DNA of 64,000 nt, taken from contig JANJGN010000025.1 of assembly GCA_026770705.1 (NCBI GenBank), forward strand, positions 10,602,001 through 10,666,000, given 5' to 3'. The translations under genes and the position numbers were made by a program. Below, in pieces: positions 61,829 to 64,000 of the stretch. Under the pieces are notes generated by a model. The model was given only the letters and a program-made list of their open reading frames with translations, ran no database searches and was not told the DNA's origin. The stretch is from Isurus oxyrinchus (lineage: Eukaryota). Each line of letters starts with the position of its first letter. Position 1 is the stretch's first letter.

Positions 61829-62813
61829 GAGTGCAGCACAGCACCGACACCAAAACCTGGCGTTGCACTAGTTGTAATATCTACTACCCTACAGGAGGTG
61901 GCAGCATCAAGACCCTATCTCTGGTTTTTATTAAGAACAACCCTACTTGCTCCATTATTCTGTTAGGAAACACAGTGCATAGCACTGAACTAGAGCAGTT
62001 TACACATATTCACAACTACATCTATTTTAGTGGTTAATATTTTAAAATCCTGGTGCTCTCTTAAACTCTTAAATCTGTATTCAATTGGACTGTAGTAAAA
62101 CTTTATATATGATTCATTAATTATATGTAAACGAAAGAATAATTATTTGATACACTTTAAATTAGAGTAAGAATTCCACCTACAAAATCAATTTCAGATG
62201 TTTTATGACCTATTCGTATTTAATTTTGCTCTGTTCTGCTTTTTAATTATGGTAAGCCTTCATTCTGCATCAGTAATTCTGAATTATTTAAAGTTGGATT
62301 TTTTTTAATGGTTTCAGGGTCTTTTTTGAACTGAGCGTTAACCAATTAGCTGTTATAAGGTGAAGAAAGGATGGTGCTCAGCTGTGATTTACACCATGGT
62401 CTTATAATCTGTCCTCCACTCACGATCCAGTGAACAGTGGACAGTGAACATAACAACTGACGGATTGCCTGTGCACACGATGAGAGTCAGTGCCAGCAGA
62501 AAAGGATGGGTAGGAGGACAAAATGAATCATTCTGGGGGAATGTTTTGAGTTCAACAATCAGAAGTTGGAAGCTCAGTGACTGGCGAAATACTGGAAGCG
62601 TCAGCCCATTGCACAGTACCTCAGGCCCCCCTGAGCTATATGATGAGTGCCACACGCCCCCTGGGCTCTACCACGAGCGCCACAGCTATGAGGCATGATG
62701 CACGGATAGAAGGCCGGAGATAATTGTCAGGAGAAGGTGCTAAATGTTGTGGAATTTTCTAGACTGTCAGAACTAATGATTAAATTGATCATAGGGTAAC
62801 CAAAAATCAATAA

Positions 62814-63030
62814 GGGATGGGCAGGCGGCGGGGTGGTGGGGGGGGGGGGGTGTGGAGAGGAGGGGATGGGGGGAAGAGGGGGGAGGGGGACAGAGGGGGG
62901 AGGGGGAGGAGGAGGGAGGTGGGGGGGAGGGAGGCAGAGGGGGATTTGGGGGAGAGGGGGTGGGGGAGAGGGAGGAGGGGGCAGAGGTGGGAGGAGGGGG
63001 GAGGGGGGTGCGTGGTAGTTGGGTGGGAGC
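62814..63030 (+). repeat. G/A-rich polypurine tract with G-quadruplex or triplex potential
   Basis: About 200 bp of near-continuous G runs. Confidence 0.8.
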
Positions 63031-64000
63031 TGTGCAGGATGTGTACGGCAGCTTCACATGGACTTTCTGTTGAGTTACATATTTCATTTTGACTTGTATA
63101 CAAATGTGGAGAAGATGCTTTACTGTGACTGCACTGAACCTGTAGCCACATTGTGCTTGGTTAACCAGGTTTCTGTTGCATTACAAGAAGAATTTGAGAT
63201 TTGTTTTATTGATTGACATGTTGTGATTGATCTTGCATGGTGAATACTCACTCTCTTAATTTTCTCCCATTCTTCCTTGCAGGACTCCAATCTCCCTGTT
63301 ACCCAGTCTCTCATCAGGGACAATTCTGCACATATGAAGCTGGACTATGTTAGAAGGTTATTCAGCAGTGGGACACACCATAGCTGAGTCTAATCCTGCT
63401 CCTTCGTGACATCCAATTGAACAGGTTTACCAGGAGTTGGAACCTTAGCTGTTTTCAGCACCTGTCTTAGTGTGGACCACAGATGGAGCCTGGAGTCTTT
63501 CTGATCTTACATTGATCCTGACCAATGCTGTTTTTGTCACCTGTGCCATTAGGGGGAGTCCTTTCCTCATTTAATTGAATAAAAATTCTCAGACTAAATT
63601 ATTTCTGTTCATCGAATATAACATTTTCGACCTGTTCTTTCTGCATCTGTTGCAGACCCTTAATACTTTAATTCAGACAAAAAATACAAAGCAGATTTAC
63701 TGAGCTTATCAAATGCTGGCTATCAGTCAGTGGCTGGTCTTTCCTTGCCGAGTGATGGCCCTGTTTTCCCTCTTTTTGAGAGGGATATTTGAGAAATCAG
63801 TTGTCATTTGTTTGATTTATGGCTGGCTCTTTTACCTTGTAGCTGTGTTTTCAATCACAGAATCCTTTCTCTGTTGCATTGGTCAGTTCCTCCTAGTTGC
63901 CTGGCCAGTGACTGCCGACCTCCTGCCCTTGAACTGTCTGAAAACCTTCAACACTTCCTTCCATCTCCAATGGGATTTAATCATTTTGAATGCTGAAGGG

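Noticed and set aside
1-64000. CRISPR arrays, rRNA, or snoRNA/miRNA genes
   Set aside because: No regularly spaced repeat-spacer array, rRNA similarity or convincing boxed snoRNA or pre-miRNA was seen by eye. An Rfam scan would be needed to exclude small RNAs.

Overview
This is vertebrate nuclear DNA, most likely from a cartilaginous fish (inferred from its SINE, CR1 and Penelope repeat families). The left ~17.5 kb holds the 5' end of one minus-strand gene. It has a CpG-rich promoter with CCAAT, NRF1 and GC-box motifs (~17395-17560), a non-coding first exon carrying four tiny uORFs, a ~16 kb intron and a second leader exon (from 1069). That exon carries a 57-aa uORF (MEW..AAVDL..C..F.NTPS..WLEG) that resembles, from my recollection, the conserved uORF of PTP4A/PRL phosphatases. 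The main ORF should lie left of position 1. The remaining ~46 kb shows no convincing host coding exon and is a nested mosaic of decayed transposons: CR1, L2 and RTE LINEs, three tRNA-SINE families, PIF/Harbinger elements and MITEs, a Gypsy gag-protease remnant with its LTR and PBS, and several short Penelope-type insertions carrying minimal hammerhead-ribozyme folds with a shared A6-to-U core change. Repeat boundaries are approximate, and family names come from recalled consensus sequences, not database searches.
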